From: Lama glama
Taxonomy: Eukaryota
Direction of reading: 5' to 3'
DNA length: 64,000 bases
Assembly (NCBI GenBank): GCA_028534125.1
Contig: CM052816.1
Span: forward strand, 63,242,001-63,306,000
Positions 12,863-25,168 of this stretch are shown in pieces; position 1 is the first letter of the stretch, and every line of letters starts with the position of its first letter. The notes under the pieces were generated by a model. That model did no database searches. It was not told the DNA's origin and saw only the letters and a list, made by a program, of their open reading frames with translations. Position numbers and translations under genes: made by a program.

Positions 12863-15385
12863 GTGAAAAAGAAAAGGTTACAATTAGAAATAAGAAAAGT
12901 AATTGTGAGGGGAGGAAGGTATGAATGCAGGGTATCCAAAATGCATTTGAAATTAAGAGATCAGCAACCAAAACCTCATGGTAACCACAAACCAAAAATC
13001 TATAATAGATATACACACAAAAAAGAAAGGAATCCAAATGTAACTCTACAGAAATCAAATCACAAGAGAAGAGAGCAAAAAGAAGAAAACAAGACCTACA
13101 AAGACAAACCCCAAAACAAGTAACAAAATGGCAGTAAGAACATACATATCAATAATTACCTTAAATGCACATGGATTAAACATTCCAAGCAAAAGACTTT
13201 GGCCAAATGTATACAAAAACAGGAACCATATATATGTTGTCTACAAGAGACCCACTTCAGAGCTAGAAAAACACACAGAAATGAAAGTTAGGGGTTTCCA
13301 TTTCCACGCAAATGGAAACCAAAAGAAAGCTGGAGTAGCAATACTTACATGAGACAAAACAGATGTTAAAATAAAGACTGTTACAAGAGACAAAGAAGGG
13401 CACTAAATAATGCTCAAGGGAGCAATATAAGATTTAACAACCGTAAATATATATATGTACCCAACATAGAAGAACCTCAGTATTTAAGGCAGTTTAACAA
13501 GGTTAACAGACATAAAAGGAGAAATCAACAATAACACAATAATAGTGTTGGACCTTAACACCCCAGTTACATCAATGGACAGCTCATCCAGACAGAAAAT
13601 CATAAGGAAATACAGGCCCTAAACAACACATTAGACCATATGGACTTAATTGATATCTATAGAGCATTCCATCTGAAAGCAGCAGAATAACATTCTTCTC
13701 AAGTGCACATGGAACATTCTCCAGAATCGATCACATGCTGGCCCATAAAGCATGCCTTGGTAAATTAAAGAAAACTGAAATCATATCAAGCATCTTTTCT
13801 GACCACAATGCTATGAAATTAGAAATCAACTATAAGAAAAAAAACTGCAGAAACCACAAGCACGTGAAGACTAAATAATATGCTACTAAATAACCACTGG
13901 ATCACTGAAGAAATCAAAGAGGAAATCAAAAAATATTTAGAGATAAATAAAAATGAAAACACAACAATCTAAAAACTCTGGGATGCAGAAAAAACAGTTC
14001 TAAGAGAGAAGTTTACAGCAATACAAGCTTACCTCAGGAAACAAGAACAATCTCAAATAAACAACCTGATCTTACACCTAAAGCAACTAGAGAAAGAAGA
14101 ACAAACAAAACCCAAAGTTAATAGAAGGAAAGAAATCACAAAGATTACAGCAGAAATAAATGAAACAGAGATTTAAAAAAAAATAGAAAAGATCAATGAA
14201 ACTAAAAGCTGGTTCCTTGAAAAGATAAACAAAAATGATAAACCTTTAGTCAGACTCACAAGAAAAAAAGGGAGAGGGCCCAAATTAATAAAATCAGAAA
14301 TGAAAATGGAAAAGTTATGACCAACACCACAGAAATACAAAGTATCATAATACACTACTATGAGCAACTATATGCCAACAAAAAGAACAACCTAGAAGAA
14401 ATGGACAATTTCTTAGAAAGGTAAAATTTGCCAAGACTGAACCAGGAAGAAATAGATGATATGAATAGACCAATTGCCAGTACTGAAATCAAATCAGTAA
14501 TTTTAAAACTCTCAACAAACAAAAGTCCAGGACCAGATGACTTCACAGGCAAATTCTACCAAACATTTAGAGAAGAGTGAACATCTATCCTTCTGAAACT
14601 ATTCCAAAAATTGCAGAGGAAGGAACACTTCCAAACTCATTCTAAGAGGCCATCATCACCTTGATACCAAAACCAAAGACATTACTTAAAAAAGAAAATT
14701 ATATCTATCACTTATGAACATAGATGCAAAAATCCTCAACAAATTACCAGCAAATCGACTCCAACAATCATACACCATGATCAAGTGGGATTTATCCCAG
14801 GGATGCAAGGATTTTTCAATATCCTCAAATCAACCAATGTGATATACTGCATTAACAAACTGAAGAATAAAAACCATGTGATCATCTCAATAGATGCAGA
14901 AAAAGCTTTTGATAAAATTCAATGCCCATTTATGATAGAAACTCTCCAGAAAGTGGGCATAGACAGTACACTCCTCAACATAATAAAGGCCATATATGAC
15001 AAACCCACAGCTAACATCATACTTAATGGTGAAAAGCTGAAAGCTTTTCCTCTAAGATTAGGAATAATTCAAGGATGCCCACTCTCACCACTTTTATTCA
15101 ACGTAGTTTTGTAAGTCCTAGCCATAGCAATCAGAGAAGAAAATGAAATAAAAGGAATCCAAAGTGGAAAAGAAGAAGTAAAACTGTCACAGTTTGCAGA
15201 TGACATGATACTATACATAGAAAGCCCTAAAGAAATGACCAGAAAACTACTAGAATTCATCAGTGAATTTGGTAAAGTTGCAGGGTACAAAATTAATATA
15301 CAGAAACCAATTGTATATCTATACACTAACAATGAAATAGCAGAAAAAGAAATTAAAGAAACTATCCTGTTAACCATTGCATCAA

Positions 15386-15420
15386 AAACAAACAAACAAA
15401 CAAACAAACAAACAAAAAAA
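15386..15420. repeat. (AAAC)7 + A7 expansion inside L1 ORF2
   Basis: Direct reading. Confidence 0.92.
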
Positions 15421-15986
15421 CCCTAGGAACAAACCTACCTAAGGAGACAAAGGACCTGTACTCTGAAAACAATAAGACACTGATAAAAGAAACTGACGAT
15501 GACACAAACAGATTGATACCCCATGTTCTTGGATTAGAAGAATCAACATTGTTAAAATGGCCATACTACCCAAGGCAATATCCAGACTCAATGCAATCCC
15601 TATCAAATTACCAATGACATTTTTCAGAACTAGAACCAAAAAAAAGGCTAAAATTTGTATGGAAACACAAAAGACCCCAAATAGCCAAAACAATCTTGAA
15701 AAAGGAGAATGGAGCTAGGAGAATCATACTCCCTGACTTCAGACTATACTACAAAGCTACAGTAATCAAAAGAGTATGATACCAGCACAAAAACAGTCAC
15801 ACAGATCAATGGAACAGGATAGAAAGTTCAGAAATAAACTTAGCCACTTATGGTCAATTAATCTACGACAAAGGAGGCAAGAATGGAGAACGGAGAAAAG
15901 ACTAAGAGTTGTGCTGGGAACACCGGAAAGCTACCTGTAAAAGACTGAAATCAGAACATTCTCTCACACCAGATACAAAAATAAAC

Positions 15987-16106
15987 TCTGCCTGTGTTTT
16001 ACTCTAGGAGTTTTATAGTATCTGGTCTTACATTTAGGTCTTTAATCCTAGGTCTTTAAATGTAAGACCAGATACTATAAAACTTCTAGAGTAAAACATA
16101 GGCAGA
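15987..16106. repeat. Inverted repeat, 50-bp arms (48/50 complementary), 20-nt loop
   Basis: 15987-16036 is the reverse complement of 16057-16106 except for two G-T pairs. Confidence 0.95.
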
Positions 16107-18234
16107 ACACTCTTTGACACAAATCACAGCAATAATTTTTTCAAATCAGCTCCTAGAATAATGGAAATAAAAGCAAAAATAAACAAATGAGACCTAAATA
16201 AGCTTAAAAGCTTTTGCACAGATACGGATACCATCAACAAAACAAAAAGGCAACCTATAGAATGGGAGAAAATATTTGTAAATGATGTGACCAACAAGGG
16301 ACTAATTTCCAAAATACACCAATAGTTCATACAGCTTAATATCAAAAAAAAACAAGCAATCCAATGAAAACATGGGCAGAAGACCTAAATAGATATATCT
16401 CCAAATAAGACACTCAGATGGCCAACAGGCACATAAAAAGATGCTCAATGTCACTAATTGCTAGAGAAACGCAAATCAGACCTACAATGAGGTATCACCA
16501 GTCAGAATTACCGTCATTAAAAAGTTGGGAAACAATAAATGCTGGGGAGGGTGTGAAGAAAGAGCAATCTTCCTACATTGTTGGTGGGAATGTAAATTGG
16601 TGCAGCCATTGTGGAAAACAGCATGAAGATTCCTCAAAAAACTAAAAGTAGACTTACCATGTTATCCAGCAATCCCACTCCTGAGTATATATTTGGAGGG
16701 AATTCTAATTCAAAAAGATACACGCACCCCAATGTACACAGCAACACTATATACAATAGCCAAGACATGGAAAAAACAATGTCCATCAACAGATAACTGC
16801 ATAAAGAAGCTGTGGTATATTCATACAATGGAATTTTGCCCAGCCATAAAAAAGAATAAAATAATGCCATTTGCTGCAATATGGATGGACCTGGAGTCCA
16901 TTCTAAGTGAAGTAAGCCAGAAAGAGGAAGAAAAATACCATATGATATCTTATATGTGGAATCTTAAAAAAAGACACAAATTAACATATTTACAAAACAG
17001 AAACAGACTCAGAGACATAGAGAACAAACTTATGGTTGGGGGGATGGGAAGGGACAAATTCGGAGTCTGAGATTTGAAGATACTAAATACTATATATAAA
17101 ATAGATAAACAACAAATTTATATTGTATATAACAGGGAACTATATTCAATATCTTGTAGTACCTGTAATGAAACATATGAAAATGAATATATGTATGTAT
17201 ATGTATTACTGAAACATGCTGTACACCAGAAATCAACACACTGTAACTGACTTCAATAAAAATACTTCAATAAAAATAAAAATAAAAGAAGGTTGAAACC
17301 ATTACACTGATACAGTAAAAGAACCTCTTAGTCACAGCACACGTTAAACTAACTAGATGGAATTTTATTAGACATACACAGGAGATCTGAATTTTACAAT
17401 AAAGAAAAATCTCAGAATCATGCTTCCTTTTGCAGGGGGCATATAATAGTGACATAGTCTCTTTGTGCCAGATCTGGTTAAAATTCAAAAACTTTAAACT
17501 AACATGAAATACAAATATGATTGCATCTGGGAAATTTCAATCAAATTATTTTTCAATTTCCTGTGTTTGCAGGGACAGGAAACTGGTTAAATAAAGTCCA
17601 TAGATCACACAAACAAAAAGAAACTGAGTTACGAACAACAACTTTGCCCTCTTCTAAAGGCTTCTGTCTGCAAAATTTGCAATTGGTATTGATCCTTCAG
17701 TTTCATCATCAGCTGAAAGTAAAATTCCCCAAAATGAGGCAAGGAATGAAGGAAGTATAGGAAGAGCAGAAAGAATATTAAATAGTGCACACAGCCAAGT
17801 ATTGGAACGTGAGCAATGCTCAGAGAGTGGGGGCTCAGTGGTCAATCCTTAATTATAAAAAAGACTCCCTCATTTCAGACAATTCTACAACAAGAGGACA
17901 GTCCCCAAACAGTCCACAGTAAAGCAGCCTGGAAACCCCCAGTGGATCCTCTCATGTTTGCTCAGATTTCCCTGGCTTCAGACAGTGTGAGCATCTATAC
18001 TCTGAGTAAGCAAAGCTCACTTTCCCTCCATCACTCACACCTTCTCCATATGTACATCCAAAAAAAACCTAAGCCTCCATATTGCAATCATGGGCTGAAT
18101 CTATCTGATAGATGTATTTCCTTTGGCTCACAGAATTTAAAGGAAAGAGAATTGTTTTATTTGCCAACACTTAAAACAGAGGCTTCTAGGATCTCAGGCT
18201 CATCTTAAAAATTCTGAGATCTGGATTCAGTCAT

Positions 18235-19105
18235 TTTCTGAATGTATACCCCCCAAAATGAAAAGATATAATATGCACTCCCATGTATACTGCAGCATAT
18301 TCACAGTAGCCAAGACAGGAAACAATCTAAATTCCCATCAGTAGATGAACAGATACAGAATATAAAAGCACCATAAAATGTAAACACAATTACTGTCATA
18401 AACCTGGATATACCTTCAAGGGTAGAAAGTAGCTTTGGTTACTCTCTTTGCATACAGTGCAGAGAAAGGTCTTCATGTTAGCAGTGCGTGTATATAGGAA
18501 GAGATCCGGCATAATGTGACTTCTTTAGACATTTGTTAAAGTAAGTTTTATAGTAACATCCAGGTTTATCTTCCATTCACTAGCCACATTCCTTATTAAG
18601 CACATAATGTATGATATTACACACACACACAGAGTATTATTCAGCCATGAGAAAGAAGGAAATCCCACCATTTGCAACAATATGGATGGACTTTGAGGAT
18701 ATTATGTTAAGTGAGATAAGTCAGACAAAGAACAATAAATACTGTATGATATCACTTATCTGTGAAATCTAAAAGAGCCAAATTCATAAAAACAGAGAGT
18801 AAAGTGGTGATTACCAGGGGATGGAGGATGGAAGGATAGGATGGATGCTGTTCAAGGGCACAAATTTGCAATGAATAGTAAATACATCCCAGAGATCTAA
18901 ATAACAATATTGTATTACAATCATCAAACTTGCTGAGAGACTAGAACTTAATTATTCCAATCACTAAAAAGAAATAACCATGTAACATGATAAAGATGCT
19001 AATTATTGCTATAATGGCAATCAAATTACACTATATGAATGTATCAAATTAACATGCACACCTTAACTTTGTTATATGTCAAACATATTTCAATTAAAGA
19101 AATAA
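18235..19105 (+). mobile_element. 5'-truncated older L1 (L1MA-like 3' end), split by an insert at 18361-18605
   Basis: atatgcactcccatg...cacagtagccaagac; tattattcagccatgagaaagaaggaaatc; gtggtgattaccaggggatgg; ends tttcaattaaagaaataaa. Confidence 0.88.
18361..18605. other. 245-bp non-L1 insert within L1, origin unknown
   Basis: L1 reads through when it is removed (gatacagaa|aatgt); no TSD or poly(A); 12-bp internal inverted repeat. Confidence 0.7.
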
Positions 19106-19429
19106 ATAAGATTAAGAATTAAGCGAGGCAAATACTTTTAAAATTTTCAGAGATTTGCAAATATTAGGCCAGCATGCCCAGTGGAGATAAATAAAGGCAT
19201 TCTCCTTATATTCTCTCCAATCTGCTACAATCCCCACCACTCCCTATTCTGATACCCCACCCACCACACTTATTTGCATTAGCTGCGTGGCACTGCTAGT
19301 TATTTGAGTGCCAGGGCCAACTGGAAGTTCCATCACGAACATCAAGTCAGAAGTACAATCAAATGTAAGTAGTAACCAACATGCCTATTTAACCCCAACT
19401 GAAAACAAAACAGCAGAACATCAAACTGT

Positions 19430-19575
19430 TTAGTGGAAAAACCCTGAACTGGCTGTTAAAATGATTTTACTCCCTCTCTCCACTATTGTATGAAGTTAGG
19501 CAAGCTACTTATCTTTTCTCAATTTCAGTATCCTCAAATAAAAAGTGGGGATGATAATACCAGTGTCATAGTATA
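19430..19575 (+). mobile_element. MIR SINE
   Basis: ttaggcaagctacttatcttttctcaatttcagtatcctc...gtggggatgataatacc core. Confidence 0.65.
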
Positions 19576-21084
19576 TGTCATAAAGCACAATTTCCATTAT
19601 TTTAACTTCCTTTATAAAGTAGAATAAGGCTAATATAGCTTATGATACTGAATTACTTTAAACAATAGTTGACACAAGGAGACTTGAAAGGTTATACTAT
19701 AGTTTTAGTATTTTCACAAAAATATTCTAATCTATCAACTTGCTGATGATTTCACATTATTCTTTACCCCTTGTCCAATTCAAAATGCACACATTTAAGT
19801 GCTGTAGCCATGGTTTAATATTCATTGCTGGTGGGAGGAAAAATGATTAAAGGAAAAAATATGCCTTTGTATCTCATTATACTTAGGATTAATTATAGGT
19901 TGGGTCATTCTAAAGGCTAATGGGAATCTGAGAAGCTTAAATGAGGTTTTGGATAAGACACAGACCATTCACTGTATATCCTAGAACTTCATTAAGCAGG
20001 GTCTGGATCTGAGTGCACCCATAAAACTTTCTCCCACAAATGAATTTCAGATAAAGCTTCCTAAAGAGATCAGAGCCCACTAAACCTCTTCCTCCTGGAA
20101 CCACAGGCAGGATTTGGGAGATGAGATAACACTGACTAAGCCCCTCACCTCAGGCTCCCTTAATAAACTGAGGAACTTCAAACCCTGATTCACAGACAAC
20201 ATTAATGAAGCCAAAGGGATGGCCAGGTTAGGAACTGAAATTTCTGAGGCAGGCAAAATTTCTCACCATTTTCCCTCATAAGGCCAAAAATCACTGTGCT
20301 AAACAAAGGGAATTGTTTCAATAAATGATGCATTAATATATTAATCTTGATGCCTGTTTCACAAACAGCCACCATTGTTGGGTCAGTCCTGCTGGAAGCC
20401 AGGATGTCACATGGCACTGTCCACTAGCAAATGAGAGGGCCTGTGAACTAGGAGGGACACGACCTGTCCACCTGCCACGCTGCTCCCACTAAAAAAACAG
20501 ATTCTTCTCCCTTGAGAATATACACTATGAAATGCCAAGATAAAGAGTATTATTTTACCTCTCCTAGCACTTAACACAATCTGCAAAAACAAAAAAAATT
20601 GGTCTGTGTACAAGTCTGGATCTTCCAGCTAGACTACAGGGCCAGTACCTGGTATATAGTGCGTGTCTAATATGCACTCCTTAAGTGGAACTAAACTGCC
20701 TTCGTTCTCTATTTTCTATCTTAGCAGCACAAAAGATCTAGAATCATTTAGGTACTTTATCCATCTGGGACCTTCTCTATTTTGACCTTGCCACATGTCA
20801 TAGTAATATGCCCCACCACAATCGGGCAAAAGGATAAATCTGTTTGAAATACAAGACTTGGGTCAAACTATGCACAGTGGAAATCTCCTAGATTCTGAAA
20901 AGGCATATTGATAATGCAGTCATGATATATCACTGCTGATAATGCTGGGACCCTTAAAATTCAGTCTCTGAACAGAAGGGGTGAGTTTCTCCAGCTCCAC
21001 TCCTTTTCCTGCACTCCCATCTCTCCACCTCTAGGGGGCAGCCTCATGAGTGTTCCCATAGGTTTGGAAGGGAACCGGCACACT

Positions 21085-21290
21085 GAATAGATGAACAGAC
21101 CAAGCATTTAATTTCTGACTCTGGCACTCCCTGACTGGGTAAATAACTTAAAAGCCCTAACTTGGTTTTCTCATCTCCAAAATGGGATAATTAATAAATA
21201 TTTCTTTAACTCTCGAGAAGATTAAATGAAGTAATTACGTAAAGGGCTTGGCAGAGTGTCGGCACACAGTAATTGTGTAAGAGATGTCAC
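21085..21290 (+). mobile_element. MIR SINE
   Basis: ttttctcatctccaaaatgggataat...gattaaatga...gtaaagggcttggcagagtgtcggcacacagtaa. Confidence 0.8.
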
Positions 21291-21789
21291 CACCCCTAGA
21301 GTGCATGGAGAAGAGCAGATGGACACCTGGCCAAGAGGGAGCCTGACGAAGGTGATACGGTGATAACGGAAAAGTCGGCTCCCAGGCTCCACTGGTGTTA
21401 TCCTCAGGCTCCAGGGGACTAGGTCAGTGCTTCTCCAGCCACTGTCTTAAAACAGCCCCTAAATGTAAAGAGAGGTGAACTCATGCCCTGGGGGCCTGTT
21501 GGAAGCTTCAAAATTCATCTTACCTTCTGAGTTGAAAATTCATATCTTTTTAAGTTGCTCTCAAGCAAAACTGTCTTTGTTTTAATGTGAAAATAATGTT
21601 GCCTCCTCCTAAATCTCTGAGAAAACTGGATCTCTAAGGAGATGTGCCATGATACACTGTGACTCTGCCTACCCCTCGGCACTGTCCCCAGACAGTTGGG
21701 GATATATGTGCTTCAATTTGCTACCCATGTGGAGTTATCTTTCCATCAGCACAAGGGATAGCGTGGGTCTGACGTAAGATATTGCAGCA

Positions 21790-21910
21790 TCTCACTACAA
21801 ATATATAAAACTCTGAAGCCCAGAGAAGCTAAAGGACCTTCTCCAAATCACAGTGTAGGAAGTGTTGGACAGAACCAGGGACCAGCTCTCCGGGTTCAGC
21901 CCAGCTTCCT
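21790..21910 (-). mobile_element. MIR SINE fragment
   Basis: ctgaagcccagagaagctaaaggaccttctccaaatcaca. Confidence 0.55.
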
Positions 21911-22457
21911 CGTAAACATCATAAAATAGACAACAATGCACTTGGGTACAAAGTTAGAACAGCCACAGTTCTAAAATGGTCATAAAGGAATTACCACCAT
22001 TGCAGACATTCTAAGGGGAAAGCATTTCTTGATGTCATAACATTTAAGAGAACAGCCTGCCATTTCCCGAATAGAGGTAAACAAATAGGATAATTCTTCT
22101 GTGGCTCAATTTGGGTAAGGAAAATATGTTTGCATCTGAAGATTTCATAAAAGTCACATTGGCTAAACTCATGCTTAGGTAAAATGTAGTGCATACAGGT
22201 TGATCTTCTGCACTGACCGTATGACTGTTTCTTACAGAAAAAGAACAGAGATGCTAACTGGTCTGTAGCCCTCAGATGGGAGTAGCTATTGCATAAACAC
22301 CACCATCGTAAAACAACATCAAATTCACATAAGACTAGGATTAAAGGATGACCACCCTGCTTACCTTTTAAATAAAAGATTAAATGGATCTTCAAATAAT
22401 ATCTACGATATGCAAACCTGAAAATTTTTATTTTCAAGTTTCCTGCCACAGTAGTGA

Positions 22458-23041
22458 TGAAGGAGAAATAACAAAATGGCCAAGCTTAGGCTAACTAGTT
22501 CCTGGCCTTACACTTTTAAAACAGCCAGCAAATCTGACTGACCGGCCACGGCCCCCAGCCCCAGGCCCACTGTTAGAGTTATTAATGTTCCTGTTTGTTT
22601 TACCTCACTCTGGCAATTGAAACTTACTATCATGTTTGGATTCCCAGTCATTCCCCTAGGGAGGGAGTCACCAGACAACAACTTCAGGACCCTCCTAAGT
22701 CCCTCCTGGTGCTTAAGGAGTCTGATTAGAAAAAGAAGGTCGCAGGCTGACGCCCCTCCAGACCACCGGACAGTCCCCTGATGCCAGACAGACTAGCCAA
22801 GATTCAGGAGGAAGCGTCACCAGAGGCTCTTGTTGACTGATATTCCCTTTTACTCTCCAATTTGTTCACTATGTCATCACTAAACTCCAACCCTAAGACG
22901 GGTTCAGTTTTGAAGGCACTAGCCTGCTGGGAGTCCCCTTTGCCCGGCAAAGGAATAAAGCTTTCTTTTTTCTTTTAAGCTCCAAGACTCGGTCTCTGAA
23001 TTCTCTGACTAGTCAGGGACAGGGCCGATCTTTCGGCAATC
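22458..23041 (+). mobile_element. ERV1-type solo LTR
   Basis: Starts tgaaggag; ttttgaaggcactagcctgctg...cctttgcccggcaaaggAATAAAgc (22954); U5-like end gatctttcggca; GTGA direct repeat on both flanks; terminal CA not intact. Confidence 0.8.
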
Positions 23042-23422
23042 GTGATGACCAGATACGTACCTCCAGCCGGGGCTCAAGACTTTCTCTCTCTATTCAGTCT
23101 CATCTTACCCCACTTTGGTGTCTTCACGGAAACAGTCCAGTCCTTGAGCCTCTCCACTTCCAAGACGCTCCTCCCTGTCCCTCCCTACCCTCTTAAGAGA
23201 CAGCAAAAACGTGAGTGGGCTTCAGGAGAAAAAGAGATTCTGGGCACACAACGGGGCCGACATCTAGTCCAGTAGCCCTCTCCAAGGCACCAGGTGGCTA
23301 TCCTCTTTGGAATAAAGCTGAATTATTATTAGCAAATCCAGGACTGGTCTTGAAGGGCTTCTTAGCAAATCCCTCAGATCAGCAGCATCATGTGACTATG
23401 AAGTGACCACTGACCATGGAGC

Positions 23423-24060
23423 TAAGACAGGAAGGGGGCAGGGCACAGCCATTCAAGGAACAAAACAGCAATTAATACCAGAATGGAGAAAGATTCAACC
23501 ACCCGTAGGCCTTGAGGCTCAAGACGGTGGGAGATTTGACTTCCTTGAGCTTCATTCTACGCTTAATGTAACATATTAGCATGATGAATAACACGCCCAC
23601 AGGCACCATGGCAGTCCCAAGGCTAGCCACAAAAGGTCAAAGAGTGGGAAATGGCCAACTTCCTGGGAATCCCAGCCCCTTCCCCAGGCTAGCTAGACTG
23701 TTCTTTCCACTTATTAGCATATGAAGCTACGAAGCCTGAAGTCAGTAAAAACTAGCAACACTGCCCTCCATGGTCTCTCTCCCCCTTTGGAGACGGCCCG
23801 CACTCTGTCTATGGAGTGTGTACCTACTTTTACTCTAATCCGAGCACCCAACTCCCACACCTCATAGCCTTTCTCTTGCCTTACACTCTATGCAGTATAT
23901 ATCTCTCTAAATAAATCTACCTTTACTCAACTGTGGCTCGCTCTTGAATTCTTTCCTGCACGAAGCGAAGGACCCACACTTGGCGGGGCACGTCCCAGGG
24001 GCTCAACCGAAGCCTGGGACATGGCCCTCCTCATGACCCACATCCATATTTCCTGCATCA
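23423..24060 (+). mobile_element. ERV1 solo LTR, MER41-like (copy 1)
   Basis: 4-bp TSD GAGC (23419-22, 24061-64); t(a/g)agacagg...tcctgcatca ends; ctctaaataaatctac; ctcgctcttgaattctttcctgc. Confidence 0.9.
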
Positions 24061-24167
24061 GAGCCATGCTAGGTCCTCCCCAGATTCACAACTATTCATA
24101 GGGACTTCCAAGTCCACTATTTGTGATTGTAAAATGTAATATACCTACATATATACATATACATACT

Positions 24168-24325
24168 CAAGCATTTCCCAAAGTGTATTTCAAAGAACAC
24201 CAGTTTTACATTAAAGTAACAAGTTTTATGTAAATAAAGGGTTCCCTGCCAAAGAAGTTTAGGAAACACTGGGCTAAATGGAGTTCAAAGTGTTCTTTAC
24301 TGCAGGATTTCTCATAATTTAATGC
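24168..24325. mobile_element. Non-autonomous hAT-Charlie fragment (MER103/MER5-like)
   Basis: catttcccaaagtg...aagtttaggaaacactgggctaaa...tttactgcaggatttctca. Confidence 0.55.
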
Positions 24326-24330
24326 CTGGT

Positions 24331-24667
24331 GACATCACTTACACGTGGAAACTAAAAAGTACAACAAACTAGTGAATGTAACAAAAAAGAAGCAGACTCA
24401 CAGATACAGAAAACGAACTAGTGGTTATCAGTGAAGAGGGAGGGAGACAGGGACAGTATAAGGGTAGGGAATTAAGAGGTACAAACTATTAGGTATAAAA
24501 TAAGCTACAAGGATATATTGCACAACATGGGGAATATAGTCAATATTTTATAATAACTATAAATGGAATATAACCTTCAAAATTATGGATCACTATACTG
24601 TATACCTGTAACTTACATAATATTGTACATCAACTATACTGCAATTTTTTAAAAATAAACAAAAAAG
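24331..24667 (+). mobile_element. L1 3' end (5'-truncated)
   Basis: catcacttacacgtggaa...cagactcacagatacag...gtacaaactattaggtataaaataagctacaagg...caactatact plus A tail. Confidence 0.9.
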
Positions 24668-25168
24668 AGTGAGTTTGGTCAGAATTATCTGGACATTGGC
24701 TTCAATCAGCCATTCTAAGTAACACTTACCATGAAAGCCTCTGAGTTTCTGGTGATCAGGGCCCTGTCACCACCTTGTAAGTTCATGCTAGAGAAACTCG
24801 TTAGGCCAACAGCATACGGAAATCTGGATTTATATCCCCAAAAAGCAAATGACTACTTACATCACAAAATGAGATTCCCCCCCAAACCCCTTAAGTCATA
24901 GACTCTCCTAGCACATTTTAAAAATGATTCTACCTCCTGAACAAAACAGGCCATTATTACCAGCTGACATTTTCAGGAGATGGGGTGGCTGGTGCGGTAG
25001 GTGCAGCAGCCCAGGGGGCCCTGCATCTGGATCACCCACAGGCCTTCCTCATCTCAAAGTCTCCCCTCAGGAGAGAGTTGCAGTTCCACAGTCACACAAT
25101 ACAGATGTGAGATGCATCCGGAAGAAATATGAGAGCAGAAAAATTATTAAAGAATGAGAAATACAGGA

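Larger units (their letters stand above)
13128..16966 (+). pseudogene. L1 ORF2p remnant (endonuclease, reverse transcriptase, Cys-rich C terminus); many stops and frameshifts
   Basis: YISIITLNAHGLN; SDH near 13798; [31 protein letters not shown] near 15193; HCWWEC at 16576-16593. Confidence 0.95.
11042..17287 (+). mobile_element. Near full-length degenerate LINE-1 (cetartiodactyl/camelid type)
   Basis: 5' end gacttcctgtcacgatggtggagtag, ~1 kb 5'UTR, ORF1, spacer, ORF2, 3'UTR, A-rich tail caataaaaataaaaataaaa. Confidence 0.97.

Noticed and set aside
11020..17310. TSD of the full-length L1 (agattggccatcgca versus aggttgaaaccattaca)
   Set aside because: Suggestive, but needs gaps and several mismatches.
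18440..18490. Iron-responsive elements at the two CAGTGC motifs in the insert
   Set aside because: The 5-nt flanks (gcata/agaga and gttag/gtgta) do not form the required upper stem.
22365..22417. 53-nt minus-strand exon with AAG/gtaagc donor
   Set aside because: The acceptor lacks a real pyrimidine tract (aaaataaaaattttcag) and the body is intron-like AT-rich.
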